A stretch of 64,000 nt of DNA from contig JAFTCN010000053.1 in assembly GCA_017454675.1 (NCBI GenBank), positions 4,853 through 68,852 on the forward strand. Direction: 5' to 3'. This stretch comes from Clostridia bacterium. Lineage in GTDB: Bacteria; Bacillota; Clostridia; Oscillospirales; CAG-272. The notes beneath the pieces are model-generated. The model worked only from the letters and a program-made list of their open reading frames with translations, was not told where the DNA came from and made no database searches. Of this stretch, positions 38,588-48,116 are shown piece by piece. The position numbers and the translations under genes are program-made. Every line of letters starts with the position of its first letter. The stretch's first letter is position 1.

Positions 38588-39457
38588 TCACAATGGATCG
38601 GAGGTGACGAGCGTGCCGGCGCCCTCGTCGGTGAGCAGCTCCATGAGTATCGAATGCGGGACCCTGCCGTCCATAATGACGGCGTTCTTCACGCCCGCGA
38701 CGATTGCCTCGATGCAGCAGTCGACCTTGGGGACCATGCCTCCGGAGATGATCCCGTCGCTGTAAAGCCGGCGTGCCTCCGACACCGTTATCTCCGGGAT
38801 GAGCGACGACTTGTCGTCCCTGTCCCTCATGATCCCGGCAACATCGGTCATGAGTATCAGCCTCTCTGCTCCGAGCGCTCCGGCGATCTTGGCGGCGGCG
38901 GTGTCGCCGTTGATGTTGTATGTGTTGCCTGCCCTGTCGCAGCCGAGCGTGGATATGACCGGGATATAGCCGCCCGAGAGCACGTTGTCGACCGGCTTCG
39001 TGTCGATCCCGGTGATCCTGCCGACGTATCCGAGGCGCTCGTCGAGCTTTTCGGCCAGTATCATCCGGCCGTCGATGCCCGAAAGCCCGACAGCCTTGCC
39101 GCCCTTCATTCCGAGCATGCCGACGAGCGTCTTGTTGATCTTTCCGGCGAGCACCATCTGGGCTATGTCGACGGTCTCGCGGTCGGTCACACGCAGGCCG
39201 TCGATGAACATCGGCTTCTTGCCGAGCCTCGACATCATGTCGCTGATCTCGGGTCCTCCGCCGTGCACCAGCACGACGCGTACTCCGACGAGCCAGAGCA
39301 GCACGATGTCCTCCATCACCTGCTCCTTGAGGGCGTCGTCGGTCATGGCGTTCCCGCCGTATTTCACGACGACGGTCTTGCCTCTGTATCTTCTGATGTA
39401 AGGGAGCGCCTGGGTCAGGACCTCTGCGCGCTCCATGTTTGAGAGCTGTTCTGTCAT
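38588..39457 (-). CDS. argB: acetylglutamate kinase
   Basis: VVKYGGNAM, VHGGGPEI, GLRVTD, NINGD, GGMVPKV. Confidence 0.96.
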   Translation of the reverse strand: MTEQLSNMERAEVLTQALPYIRRYRGKTVVVKYGGNAMTDDALKEQVMEDIVLLWLVGVRVVLVHGGGPEISDMMSRLGKKPMFIDGLRVTDRETVDIAQMVLAGKINKTLVGMLGMKGGKAVGLSGIDGRMILAEKLDERLGYVGRITGIDTKPVDNVLSGGYIPVISTLGCDRAGNTYNINGDTAAAKIAGALGAERLILMTDVAGIMRDRDDKSSLIPEITVSEARRLYSDGIISGGMVPKVDCCIEAIVAGVKNAVIMDGRVPHSILMELLTDEGAGTLVTSDPL

Positions 39458-39521
39458 CTTCTCATGCCGGTCCGCGGCGTATGTGTGCCCGGAAACGCTC
39501 CGGATATTACCCGGCGTCCGC

Positions 39522-40745
39522 TCAGGTGCGGTAGTCGCCGTTGATCTTTACGTAGTCGTATGTCAGGTCGCAGCCGAGCGCACGGGCGCTGTATTTTCCG
39601 TTGCCGAGTCCGACTTCGATCGTTATTTCGCTGCCGGAGAGTATCTTTTTAGCCTCTTCTTCGGAAAAATCGACTCCGCATCCTCCTCGGCAGACTTCTA
39701 TCCTGCCCGCTTCTCCCGAGAAGAAGACCGAACACTCCGACGGATCGAACGACGCGCCGCTGTAGCCTGCCGCGCACAGCACCCTGCCCCAGTTGGCGTC
39801 GGCGCCGAACATCGCCGCCTTGAGAAGGTTCGAGCTGATCACGCTCCTCGCGGCGAGCCGCGCGTCCTTCAGCGTCGCGGCGCCCGACACCTCGCATACG
39901 AGGAGCCTCGACGCGCCTTCGCCGTCGGCCGCGATCATGCGGCACAGGTCGTCCGTGACACGCGAGAGCGCCTCGCGGAAGGCGTCAAATCCCGGGCCTT
40001 CGGCATCGATGAGGGCATTTCCGGCGGCTCCGTTCGCCATCACCGAGACCATATCGTTCGTCGATGTGTCGCCGTCGATGCTGATCATGTTGAAACTGCC
40101 GTCGATATCGTCTGAGAGCGCCCGCTCCAGCATGGCGGGAGAGACCGCCGCGTCTGTCGTGATGAACACGAGCATGGTCGCCATGTTCGGGTGTATCATT
40201 CCGCTGCCTTTGGCGCAGCCGCCTATGCGGCAGACGGTATCACCGACGGAAAACTCGTAGGCTGTCTCCTTTCGGCGGGTATCGGTAGTCATGATCGCCT
40301 CGGCGGCGAGCGGTCCGCCGTCGGGGCTGAGGCCGGATACGAGCTCCGGGATCGCCCGCACGATGACACCGGGGTCGAGCGGCTGACCTATGACGCCGGT
40401 CGAAGCGACGATCACCCTGTCTTCAGGGATGCCGAGCGCGCCGGCCAGGGCGCGGCACTCGGTGTCGGCCGCGAGGACTCCGCCCTCGCAGCAGGTGTTC
40501 GCGATGCCGCTGTTGCATATGGCGGCCCTCGCCGTTCCGCCGGTTCCGTCGAGATGCCTTTTCGTCACCGTCAGGGGCGCGCCCTTTACGAGATTCGTCG
40601 TATAGACCGCGGCCGCGGCCGCGTCCCGGTCGCTGAGTATGAGCGCCAGGTCTTTTTTCGTTTTGTTCTTTCTTATGCCGCAGCGCATTCCGAAGGCCGA
40701 AAAACCGGCCGCGGCGCACACGCCGCCTTCCGTCTTTTTTATCAT
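39522..40745 (-). CDS. argJ: ornithine acetyltransferase
   Basis: STGVIG, AIMTTDT, KGSGMIHPNMATML, DGDTSTND, DGEGA, GCDLTYDYVKIN. Confidence 0.96.
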   Translation of the reverse strand: MIKKTEGGVCAAAGFSAFGMRCGIRKNKTKKDLALILSDRDAAAAAVYTTNLVKGAPLTVTKRHLDGTGGTARAAICNSGIANTCCEGGVLAADTECRALAGALGIPEDRVIVASTGVIGQPLDPGVIVRAIPELVSGLSPDGGPLAAEAIMTTDTRRKETAYEFSVGDTVCRIGGCAKGSGMIHPNMATMLVFITTDAAVSPAMLERALSDDIDGSFNMISIDGDTSTNDMVSVMANGAAGNALIDAEGPGFDAFREALSRVTDDLCRMIAADGEGASRLLVCEVSGAATLKDARLAARSVISSNLLKAAMFGADANWGRVLCAAGYSGASFDPSECSVFFSGEAGRIEVCRGGCGVDFSEEEAKKILSGSEITIEVGLGNGKYSARALGCDLTYDYVKINGDYRT

Positions 40746-40764
40746 GGCAGAGACCTCCCTTCAA

Positions 40765-41751
40765 TCAGATGACAAGTCCTTCTTTTTCGTCGAGACCGAG
40801 CGCGATGTTCATGTTCTGTATCGCCGCGCCCGAAGCGCCCTTGCCGAGGTTGTCGAACCTCGACACGAGGAGTATGCGGTCCTTTCCGTCCGCGGCCGAC
40901 ACCTCCATGGTGTCCTTCCCGCGCATCGACGCCGCCGAGAGCGTTCCGTCACCGTCTCCGGTGACGCCGGTGTCGACCGCCCGGACCATGCCGTCTTTAC
41001 CGTAATACTCCGCGTAGGCTGCCGAAATGTCGGCGCCGCACGCCTTCGTCTCATCCTTCGGGATCTGGACTATGACCTCCATTCCCGAATAAAATGACGA
41101 AACCACCGGCAGGAAGAGAGGCTCGCGGGATAGGCCGCACACCTTCGTCATCTCGGGAAGGTGCTTGTGCCCTCCGCCGAGGCCGTAAAGCCTCGGGGCC
41201 TGCAGCCTGCCGAAGCTCTCGCCGCGCGGCGCGCCGCCGTCCGCGGAGCGTGCGGCGTTCATGTTGTCATACGCGTCGGAATAATCGGCTATCATTTTCT
41301 TTCCGCCTCCCGAATATCCGGTGAGCGAAGTACACTGGAGCCTTATATCCTCAGAGATCAGGCCGTAAAAAACAAGAGGGCGGACGAGCGCGATAAACCC
41401 GCCGGCGTGACAGCCGGGATTCGCTATCCTCTTCGAAGACGCGATCCGCTCCCGCTGTCCGTCAAGCTCGGGAAAACCGTATGTCCAGCCCTCTTTTGTC
41501 CTGTGGACCGTTGATGTGTCGATGATGACCGAAGCGCAGTCTCGTGCAGCCTCCGCGATCTCGGCCGCTGCTGCGTCGGGAAGGCACAGAAAAGCGACGT
41601 CGGCGCGCGATATCGCCTCCGCCCTCGCGGAGACGTCGTGCCTCTTCTCTTCACTGAGCTGCAACAGTCTTATGTCCTGTCTTCCGGACAGCCTTTCGCG
41701 TATGCGAAGCCCCGTCGTGCCTGAGCTGCCGTCGATGAATACGTCTGCCAT
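40765..41751 (-). CDS. argC: N-acetyl-gamma-glutamyl-phosphate reductase (short type)
   Basis: VFIDGSSGTTGL, FLCLPD, YGFPEL, IANPGC, GYSGGGK, HKHLPEM, DNLGKGASGAA. Confidence 0.95.
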   Translation of the reverse strand: MADVFIDGSSGTTGLRIRERLSGRQDIRLLQLSEEKRHDVSARAEAISRADVAFLCLPDAAAAEIAEAARDCASVIIDTSTVHRTKEGWTYGFPELDGQRERIASSKRIANPGCHAGGFIALVRPLVFYGLISEDIRLQCTSLTGYSGGGKKMIADYSDAYDNMNAARSADGGAPRGESFGRLQAPRLYGLGGGHKHLPEMTKVCGLSREPLFLPVVSSFYSGMEVIVQIPKDETKACGADISAAYAEYYGKDGMVRAVDTGVTGDGDGTLSAASMRGKDTMEVSAADGKDRILLVSRFDNLGKGASGAAIQNMNIALGLDEKEGLVI

Positions 41752-41789
41752 TCCTCTGACCCCCGGCCGAATAAAAATGAGTTTAGTAT

Positions 41790-41818
41790 ATTATATCACA
41801 TAAATAATATCACGTCAA
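41790..41818 (-). promoter_or_regulatory. promoter of the argC operon
   Basis: Minus strand TTGACG, 17 bp, TGnTATAAT. Confidence 0.8.
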
Positions 41819-41883
41819 CTGTTTTTTCGGTCCCGGGAAGACCGGAGCCGCCGGTAAGGCTATACGCGAGAGACGTACGTCAG

Positions 41884-43176
41884 TCAGCGCTGCCCGCCCG
41901 CTTCGGTGTTCTCCGGCAGACGTCTTGCCGTCTTGCCCTCGGGCTTTGTTTCTATATCGCCCGCCCTTGTGAGCGCGAAGCGGGTGAGCGACGGACCGAC
42001 GATCTCGTATATCAGCACTCCGAAGAGCACTATGTTGCGGATCAGTCCGCCCTCTTCGCCCAGCGCTCCGACGCTGTTCGCCATACCGAGCGCGACTCCA
42101 GCCTGAGGCAGAAGGGTGAGGCCGAGATTCCGCTTCACCGCCGGATCGCACTTCATGAAGCCGGCGCTGATGCCGGCGCCGAAATACTTGCCGAGCGAAC
42201 GGAAGATGATGTAGACAAGTCCGATGAGGACGACGGTCAGATCGGCGAAGACCGAGAGGTCGAGCTCCGAGCCGCTTATAACGAAGAAGAGTATGAACAG
42301 CGGGTAGGTCCATCTGTCGGTCCTCTCCATAATCTCGGGCGAGAAATCGCAAATATTGCAGAAGACGGTTGCCAGCATCATGCATACAAGGAGCGTCGAG
42401 AAGCCGAACCTGACCCTCCCCGCGGTGAATTCGAGCTGAGACAGAGCGACGGTCAGGATCACCGCCGTGACGGCCAGCGACAGACGCTTGCTGCGCGACT
42501 GGAAAAACCGCTCGAAGAACGAGAACAGGAAGCCCATCACCGCGCCGAGCACCAGCGACAGCACGATCTCGATGATGGGGTTCACCGCCACCGAGACGAT
42601 GTCGATGCTCGACGAGCTCATGGCCTTCGCGATGCCTATCGACACCGAGAAGATGACGAGCCCGACAGCGTCGTCGAGAGCGACGATCGGCAGGAGCAGA
42701 TCGGTGAGCTTTCCCTTCGCCTTGTACTGGCGCACGACCATGAGCGTCGCGGCGGGGGCCGTCGCCGACGCGATGGCTCCGAGAGTCAGAGCGAGCGGGA
42801 CCGTCACCTTGCCGCCGGCGATCACGTGGAGGAGCAGGAGCGCGGCATCGACGAGCACCGTCGCGGCCACCGACTGAAATACTCCGATGACCAGGGCCTG
42901 GCGTCCGATCTTTTTGATCTCGGAGAGCCGGAACTCGTTGCCTATCGCGAAGGCTATGAAGCCGAGCGCGACATCGCTTATGAGCTTCAGTGAACCGACC
43001 TCTTCAAATGATGTGAAGCCGAGTCCGGATATCCCGAGCCTTCCCAGGCAGAAGGGGCCGATCAGTATACCCGCGACAAGGTATGACGTGACAGCCGGAA
43101 GGCCTATAAGTTTGGCGGGTCTTGACAGAGCAAGTCCCGCCGCAAGAGCTACCGCAATGCTGAGAAGAACAGTCAT
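41884..43176 (-). CDS. cation:proton antiporter (CPA2 / Kef-like, no fused regulatory domain)
   Basis: Very hydrophobic; LPAVTSYLVAGILIGP, ATAPAAT, VALDD, LLPQAGVALG. Confidence 0.88.
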   Translation of the reverse strand: MTVLLSIAVALAAGLALSRPAKLIGLPAVTSYLVAGILIGPFCLGRLGISGLGFTSFEEVGSLKLISDVALGFIAFAIGNEFRLSEIKKIGRQALVIGVFQSVAATVLVDAALLLLHVIAGGKVTVPLALTLGAIASATAPAATLMVVRQYKAKGKLTDLLLPIVALDDAVGLVIFSVSIGIAKAMSSSSIDIVSVAVNPIIEIVLSLVLGAVMGFLFSFFERFFQSRSKRLSLAVTAVILTVALSQLEFTAGRVRFGFSTLLVCMMLATVFCNICDFSPEIMERTDRWTYPLFILFFVISGSELDLSVFADLTVVLIGLVYIIFRSLGKYFGAGISAGFMKCDPAVKRNLGLTLLPQAGVALGMANSVGALGEEGGLIRNIVLFGVLIYEIVGPSLTRFALTRAGDIETKPEGKTARRLPENTEAGGQR

Positions 43177-43311
43177 CGGTAATATAACATCTCACTTTCA
43201 TGAACGGGAATAGGTTAAACGTTCGATTCGGGGATCCCGTTCTCACAGAGCGCTCCGCGGCCCTGCCGCGCCGCGGTCCGGTCGAAACCGTTTCCCCGAA
43301 AAACGGATAAT

Positions 43312-43340
43312 ATAATAGCACTAAATCGTTTTTTTGTCAA
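43312..43340 (-). promoter_or_regulatory. promoter of the antiporter gene
   Basis: Minus strand TTGACA, 17 bp, TGnTATTAT. Confidence 0.65.
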
Positions 43341-43433
43341 CCTGAAAACAGCAGTTTAAACAAATTTAGCCGCAAAAAACTGTTCAATCCGACGAACGTG
43401 GACAGACCGCTGCCGTTTTTTTGAGGAAAAAGC

Positions 43434-43462
43434 TTGACATGGGCCGGAGTCTGTGGTATAAT
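43434..43462 (+). promoter_or_regulatory. promoter of ylxM-ffh-rpsP-khpA
   Basis: TTGACA (43434-43439), 17 bp, TGnTATAAT (43457-43462). Confidence 0.85.
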
Positions 43463-43529
43463 GTGTAAACCAAAACACTTTACACCGTTCCGCGGACAGC
43501 CGGAGCGGCCGCGGGAGGCCTGACGCAAA

Positions 43530-43862
43530 GTGATCGAAAAGAACATCGAAGCCGGATATCTCCTCGACTTTTACGGAGGTCTCCTCTCGGAGCGCCGGAA
43601 GAACGTCACCGACATGTACTACAACAGCGACATGTCGCTCTCCGAGATCGCGGAGGAACTGGGGATTTCGAGGCAGGCGGTCCGGGAGATCATAGTAAGG
43701 GCCTCGGCCGAGCTCGCCATGTACGAGGAAAAGCTGGGCATGGCAGAAAAGTTCAGGACAGTAAAGGAAAAAGCCGGGATGGCGGCGTCACTCGCGAGAG
43801 AGATCGGAAACGAGGAAATTGCCATGCTCGCCGAAGGGATATCCGAAGCGATAGAGCGCTGA
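43530..43862 (+). CDS. ylxM: YlxM/p13 family HTH protein (SRP-associated)
   Basis: LLDFYGGLLSE, YYNSDMSLSEIAEELGISRQAV, YEEKLG; directly upstream of ffh. Confidence 0.93.
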   Translation: MIEKNIEAGYLLDFYGGLLSERRKNVTDMYYNSDMSLSEIAEELGISRQAVREIIVRASAELAMYEEKLGMAEKFRTVKEKAGMAASLAREIGNEEIAMLAEGISEAIER

Positions 43863-43931
43863 TTCGGGTTCCCGACCGGCAACGCACCCGCACAGCCGTA
43901 CCGAATAATTCAAAGAGAAAAGAAACGAACA

Positions 43932-45275
43932 ATGTTCCAGTCACTAACAGACAAGCTCTCAGCCGCTTTCAGAAAGTTCCGCGGCAAGGGCAAACTCACC
44001 GAGGCCGACGTCAGGTCCGGGATGCGTGAGATCAAGCTCGCGCTGCTCGAGGCCGACGTCTCCTTCAGGGTGGTGAAGGAATTTATAAACCGTGTGAGCG
44101 AGCGGGCCGTCGGTTCCGAAGTCCTCGAATCGCTCCTTCCCGCCCAGCAGATAGTCAAGATCGTAAACGAGGAACTGACGGAGATCATGGGCAGCAGTCA
44201 GTCGAAACTGACCGTCTCCCCCTCCCCGCCCACAGTCATAATGATGTGCGGCCTTCAGGGCGCCGGCAAGACCACTCACGCCGCCAAGCTCGCGGCGATG
44301 TACAAAAAGCAGGGCAAGCGCCCGATGCTCGCCGCCTGCGACGTCTACCGTCCCGCCGCGGTAAAGCAGCTCGAGGTCCTCGGCGAACAGATCGGCGTCC
44401 CTGTCTTCTCGATGGGCACCGGCGTCTCTCCCGTCGAGATCGCGAAGCGCAGCCTCGAAGCCGCGAAGGACAGTTTCTGCGACATGCTGTTCATCGATAC
44501 CGCGGGACGGCTGCACATCGACGAGGCCCTCATGGAAGAGCTTCGTCAGATCAAGGCCGTGACGGATCCCGACGAGATACTGCTCACCGTCGACGCCATG
44601 ATAGGACAGGACGCGGTGAACGTCGCCGAGAAGTTCAACGAGCTGCTCGATATCACGGGAGTGATACTCACGAAGCTCGACGGCGACACGAGAGGCGGTG
44701 CCGCGCTGTCGGTCAGATACATCACAGGCAAGCCGATAAAGTTCATCGGGACCGGCGAGAAGATCGAGAATATTGAGCCGTTCTACCCCGACCGCATGGC
44801 ATCGAGAATACTCGGGATGGGCGACATCCTGACTCTCATTGAGAAGGCGGAGCAGGCCTACGACGAAAAGCAGGCCGCCGAGCTCGAACGCAAGGTGAGA
44901 GAGGCAAGTTTCACGCTCGACGACTACCTCGAACAGTTCGGGCAGCTGAAGAACATGGGCGACCTCGACCAGCTCCTCGGACTTATGCCGGGGATCGACC
45001 GCTCGGCGCTGAAGGGAGCTCACGTCGACGAAAAGGCCGTAGCGAGGACCGAGGCCATAATCAAGTCCATGACGCCCGCCGAACGGGCAAGGCCCGACAT
45101 CCTCAACTACTCGAGGAAGCAGCGTGTCGCGAAAGGAAGCGGCACCTCCATACAGGAGGTGAACCGCCTTCTCAAGCAGTTCGAACAGACACAGAAGCTC
45201 ATGAAGCAGTTAGGGTCTGGCGGACGCGGATTCGGAAAAAACAAAAAACGCGGTATGCCGCGCTTCCCGTTCTGA
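43932..45275 (+). CDS. ffh: signal recognition particle protein
   Basis: LLEADV, GLQGAGKTT, DVYRPAA, DTAGR, TKLDGDTRGG, M-domain IIKSMT..ER. Confidence 0.98.
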   Translation: MFQSLTDKLSAAFRKFRGKGKLTEADVRSGMREIKLALLEADVSFRVVKEFINRVSERAVGSEVLESLLPAQQIVKIVNEELTEIMGSSQSKLTVSPSPPTVIMMCGLQGAGKTTHAAKLAAMYKKQGKRPMLAACDVYRPAAVKQLEVLGEQIGVPVFSMGTGVSPVEIAKRSLEAAKDSFCDMLFIDTAGRLHIDEALMEELRQIKAVTDPDEILLTVDAMIGQDAVNVAEKFNELLDITGVILTKLDGDTRGGAALSVRYITGKPIKFIGTGEKIENIEPFYPDRMASRILGMGDILTLIEKAEQAYDEKQAAELERKVREASFTLDDYLEQFGQLKNMGDLDQLLGLMPGIDRSALKGAHVDEKAVARTEAIIKSMTPAERARPDILNYSRKQRVAKGSGTSIQEVNRLLKQFEQTQKLMKQLGSGGRGFGKNKKRGMPRFPF

Positions 45276-45363
45276 CGGCCATCCTGCCGCGGAACACGTC
45301 CGGACCCGAGCCGGGCGGATATTTCACAGTAATCAAATTTTTACTTCAAAAGGAGAATAAACC

Positions 45364-45603
45364 ATGGTCAGAATCAGACTTTCGCGTTTCGGCGCGAAGA
45401 AACAGCCGTGCTACCGCATCGTCGTAGCCGATCAGCGCACACCCAGAGGCGGCAACTTCATCGATGAGATCGGGACCTACAATCCGCTCAAAGAGGGCGA
45501 CCTGAAGATCGACGCCGAAAAGGCTTCCGACTGGCTGAAGAAGGGCGCGCAGCCGACTGAACAGGTAATGGCGCTGCTCAAGAAGGCCGGAGTCACAGAG
45601 TGA
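45364..45603 (+). CDS. rpsP: 30S ribosomal protein S16
   Basis: [37 protein letters not shown]. Confidence 0.97.
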   Translation: MVRIRLSRFGAKKQPCYRIVVADQRTPRGGNFIDEIGTYNPLKEGDLKIDAEKASDWLKKGAQPTEQVMALLKKAGVTE

Positions 45604-45616
45604 ACCGTCAGCCGCG

Positions 45617-45850
45617 ATGGATATCGAAAAGATACTGTTCGACATCGTCTGCGCAATAGTCGACTCACCCGATCAGGTCTCCATAACCCGCAGCGATTCG
45701 GATGACGAGGTGAGATTCGTCCTCACCGTCGCCCCCGAGGAGATGGGAATGGTCATCGGCAGACACGGCAAGATCGCCAAAGCGATACGCACTCTCGTCA
45801 AAGCGGCGGCCACGGGATCCGGCAAAAAGGTTACCGTAGACATACGCTGA
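45617..45850 (+). CDS. khpA: KH-domain RNA-binding protein KhpA
   Basis: MGMVIGRHGKIAKAIRT KH motif; follows rpsP. Confidence 0.92.
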   Translation: MDIEKILFDIVCAIVDSPDQVSITRSDSDDEVRFVLTVAPEEMGMVIGRHGKIAKAIRTLVKAAATGSGKKVTVDIR

Positions 45851-45859
45851 GACAGCTCA

Positions 45860-45901
45860 AGGCAGACAAAAAACCCGCTTTTGCGGGTTTTTTGTCTGCC
45901 T
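45860..45901. terminator. bidirectional intrinsic terminator
   Basis: Perfect 19-bp inverted repeat AGGCAGACAAAAAACCCGC-tttt-GCGGGTTTTTTGTCTGCCT. Confidence 0.92.
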
Positions 45902-45906
45902 GAAAG

Positions 45907-46977
45907 TCAGAGAGTGATCTCCTTCTTCTGTTCGGCCGAGCGGTACAGATAATCCAGCAGCTTCGCGCTCTCGAGTATGTTCACTATGTTAGAGCGGTTC
46001 GGGATCCCCGAGCGGCAGGATTCGAGGAAGGCGCGGTCCTCCCTCGCGTACATGTTCGGAATGTCGTATTCGGGCGATATCTCGACGAATTCGCCGTCCT
46101 TTTCGGTAAAAAGTGTGTATCCGGCGCAGTATTTCATCCTGACTCCGCCTCTGTCTCCGAGAAAGTCGATGAACATCTCGTCTCTGTCGATGTTCTGCGC
46201 CCAGGCTCCGTTGAAGGAGATGCTCGCGGCGTCGGTCCTGACGTATCCGCTGACGAAGTCCTCGACGTCGTTTGTTCCGGACAGGTCGGCGGTGTCGCGC
46301 GCCCACATCGAGCGGTATCTGTACGCGCTCATGTCCTTCGCCATCTCGGAGTATGTGTCGCATGTGACCGTCCGGAGCTTCGGTCCGCCGAGGATATAGA
46401 GTATCAGGTCAAGGAAATGTATGCCCCAGTCGATGAGCACTCCGCCGCCCGACATCGCCTTCGTCGTGAAAGCGCCTCCGAGTCCGGGGATCGAGCGGAA
46501 GCTCCGGAACGAGCAGTATACGTGGTAGATCTTTCCGAATTCGCCGCGGCGGTTCATCTCTTCGAGGATCTCCACGGTCTTATGGTATCTGTTGCAGACC
46601 CCTATGTTGAGGATCTTCCCGCATTTTTCAGCCTGTTCGGCCATTTCGAGCGAGAGAGGGTAGTTGACGGTGATAGGCTTCTCGCAGAAGACGTTCTTCC
46701 CCGCAGCCAGCGCGTCCATCGTCACGGTGTAGTGAACGTAGTTCGGGGTGAGGACGAACACAGACTCGACCTCCGGGTCGGCGAGGACCTCCCTGTAGTC
46801 AGTCACCGCGCGTTCGGCTCCGAATTTTTCCACCATACCCGCGGCTTTTTCGGGGATGAGGTCGCACGCGTATTTGATCCTCACATCTTCCATTTTCGAG
46901 AGTGCGGGAAAATGCTGCCCGCGAGCTATCCTGCCGCAGCCGACGACGGCCACGGTGTATCTTCCGCTTTCAATCAT
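45907..46977 (-). CDS. Gfo/Idh/MocA family NAD(P)-dependent sugar oxidoreductase
   Basis: VVGCGRIA, VLTPNYVH, FCEKP, SGGGVLIDWGIH; ATG at 46977 after GGAGG. Confidence 0.92.
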   Translation of the reverse strand: MIESGRYTVAVVGCGRIARGQHFPALSKMEDVRIKYACDLIPEKAAGMVEKFGAERAVTDYREVLADPEVESVFVLTPNYVHYTVTMDALAAGKNVFCEKPITVNYPLSLEMAEQAEKCGKILNIGVCNRYHKTVEILEEMNRRGEFGKIYHVYCSFRSFRSIPGLGGAFTTKAMSGGGVLIDWGIHFLDLILYILGGPKLRTVTCDTYSEMAKDMSAYRYRSMWARDTADLSGTNDVEDFVSGYVRTDAASISFNGAWAQNIDRDEMFIDFLGDRGGVRMKYCAGYTLFTEKDGEFVEISPEYDIPNMYAREDRAFLESCRSGIPNRSNIVNILESAKLLDYLYRSAEQKKEITL

Positions 46978-47031
46978 TAAAACCGGTCCTCCGAAAGAGC
47001 AAATCCGGAACGCCTGGGCGCCCGTGCCACC

Positions 47032-47060
47032 ATTATACACTCAGGAGGCGGACTTGTCAA
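47032..47060 (-). promoter_or_regulatory. promoter of the Gfo/Idh/MocA gene
   Basis: Minus strand TTGACA, 17 bp, TATAAT. Confidence 0.85.
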
Positions 47061-47100
47061 CAGCCGCCGCGCCGTAAGCGCCGTTTTTTTGCACTCAAGG

Positions 47101-47129
47101 TTGATTTATCGCCGTACGTGTGATATAAT
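47101..47129 (+). promoter_or_regulatory. divergent promoter of the isomerase-glpK-yhhN operon
   Basis: TTGATT, 17 bp, TGnTATAAT. Confidence 0.75.
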
Positions 47130-47186
47130 TGTTTTGCATTATTTTTCGACACGCGGCGCGGTCAGCGCGGCGGCAGGAGGAAAGAC

Positions 47187-48038
47187 ATGTACTCTTTCAG
47201 GATCGGGGCCATGCTCGAGTCATTCAGGCTTCCCGTCCCCGAGGCGATTAAAAAAGCTGCGGAGCTCGGCGTCGACGGACTTCAGATGTTCGCGACGACC
47301 GGAGACTACGCCCCCGAGAACATCACGTCGGACAGAAAGAAGGAACTGCTGTCGCTGACGGACGGCTGCGGTCTCTCCTTCTCCGCCCTGTGCGGGGATC
47401 TCGGCATGAGCTTCGACGTCCCGGAGCGGAATCCCTCGCTTATAGAAAAATCAGAGAGGATCCTCGACCTCGCGAACGAACTCGGCACGAATATCGTAAC
47501 GACTCACATAGGTCTCATTCCGGAGGACACGGGCGACCGCAGATACAGGATCATGCAGGACGCCTGCTACGAGCTCTGCCGATACGCCGACTCGACAGGC
47601 TCTCACTTCGCTATCGAGACGGGTCCCGAGAAGGCGGAGACGCTGCGGGACTTCCTCGATCCCTTCGGATCGACAGGAATGGCGGTCAATCTCGATCCGG
47701 CGAATTTCGTCATGGTCACCGGGACCGATCCCGTCGAATCGGTGAGGATACTCTCGAAATACATCGTTCACACGCACGCGAAGGACGGAAGGAAGCTGAA
47801 CGACGCGACGCCGGCGCAGATATTCGGCCTTGTCCCGAAGACAGAGGAGCAGAAAAAGGGCCGGGCGTTCGAGGAGCTCCCGCTCGGACAGGGCGACGTC
47901 GATTTCGAAACCTATCTGCGCGTGCTTGACGGAACAGGCTACCATGGCTATCTTACGATAGAGCGCGAATGCGGCAGCGACCCCGTGCACGACATCGCGC
48001 TCGCCGTGAACTTTCTCAGAGAGGCTGTCTCCCGCTGA
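47187..48038 (+). CDS. sugar phosphate isomerase/epimerase (xylose isomerase-like TIM barrel)
   Basis: Metal-ligand motifs AIETGPE, NLDPAN, HTHAKD, LTIERE; PLGQGDVDF. Confidence 0.88.
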   Translation: MYSFRIGAMLESFRLPVPEAIKKAAELGVDGLQMFATTGDYAPENITSDRKKELLSLTDGCGLSFSALCGDLGMSFDVPERNPSLIEKSERILDLANELGTNIVTTHIGLIPEDTGDRRYRIMQDACYELCRYADSTGSHFAIETGPEKAETLRDFLDPFGSTGMAVNLDPANFVMVTGTDPVESVRILSKYIVHTHAKDGRKLNDATPAQIFGLVPKTEEQKKGRAFEELPLGQGDVDFETYLRVLDGTGYHGYLTIERECGSDPVHDIALAVNFLREAVSR

Positions 48039-48116
48039 CGGTCCGGACTCGGGCAGACGGGGCAGCGACAGTTACCTGAACAGATTCAAACAAACAGTCT
48101 TAAGAAGGACAGCAAA

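Noticed and set aside
41765-41812. ArgR (ARG) boxes at the argC promoter
   Set aside because: Only a partial match (CGAATAAAAATGAG) in AT-rich DNA and no clear tandem pair.
43177-43311. c-di-AMP or other riboswitch upstream of the CPA2 antiporter
   Set aside because: Some hairpins are present, but I could not recognise any aptamer consensus.
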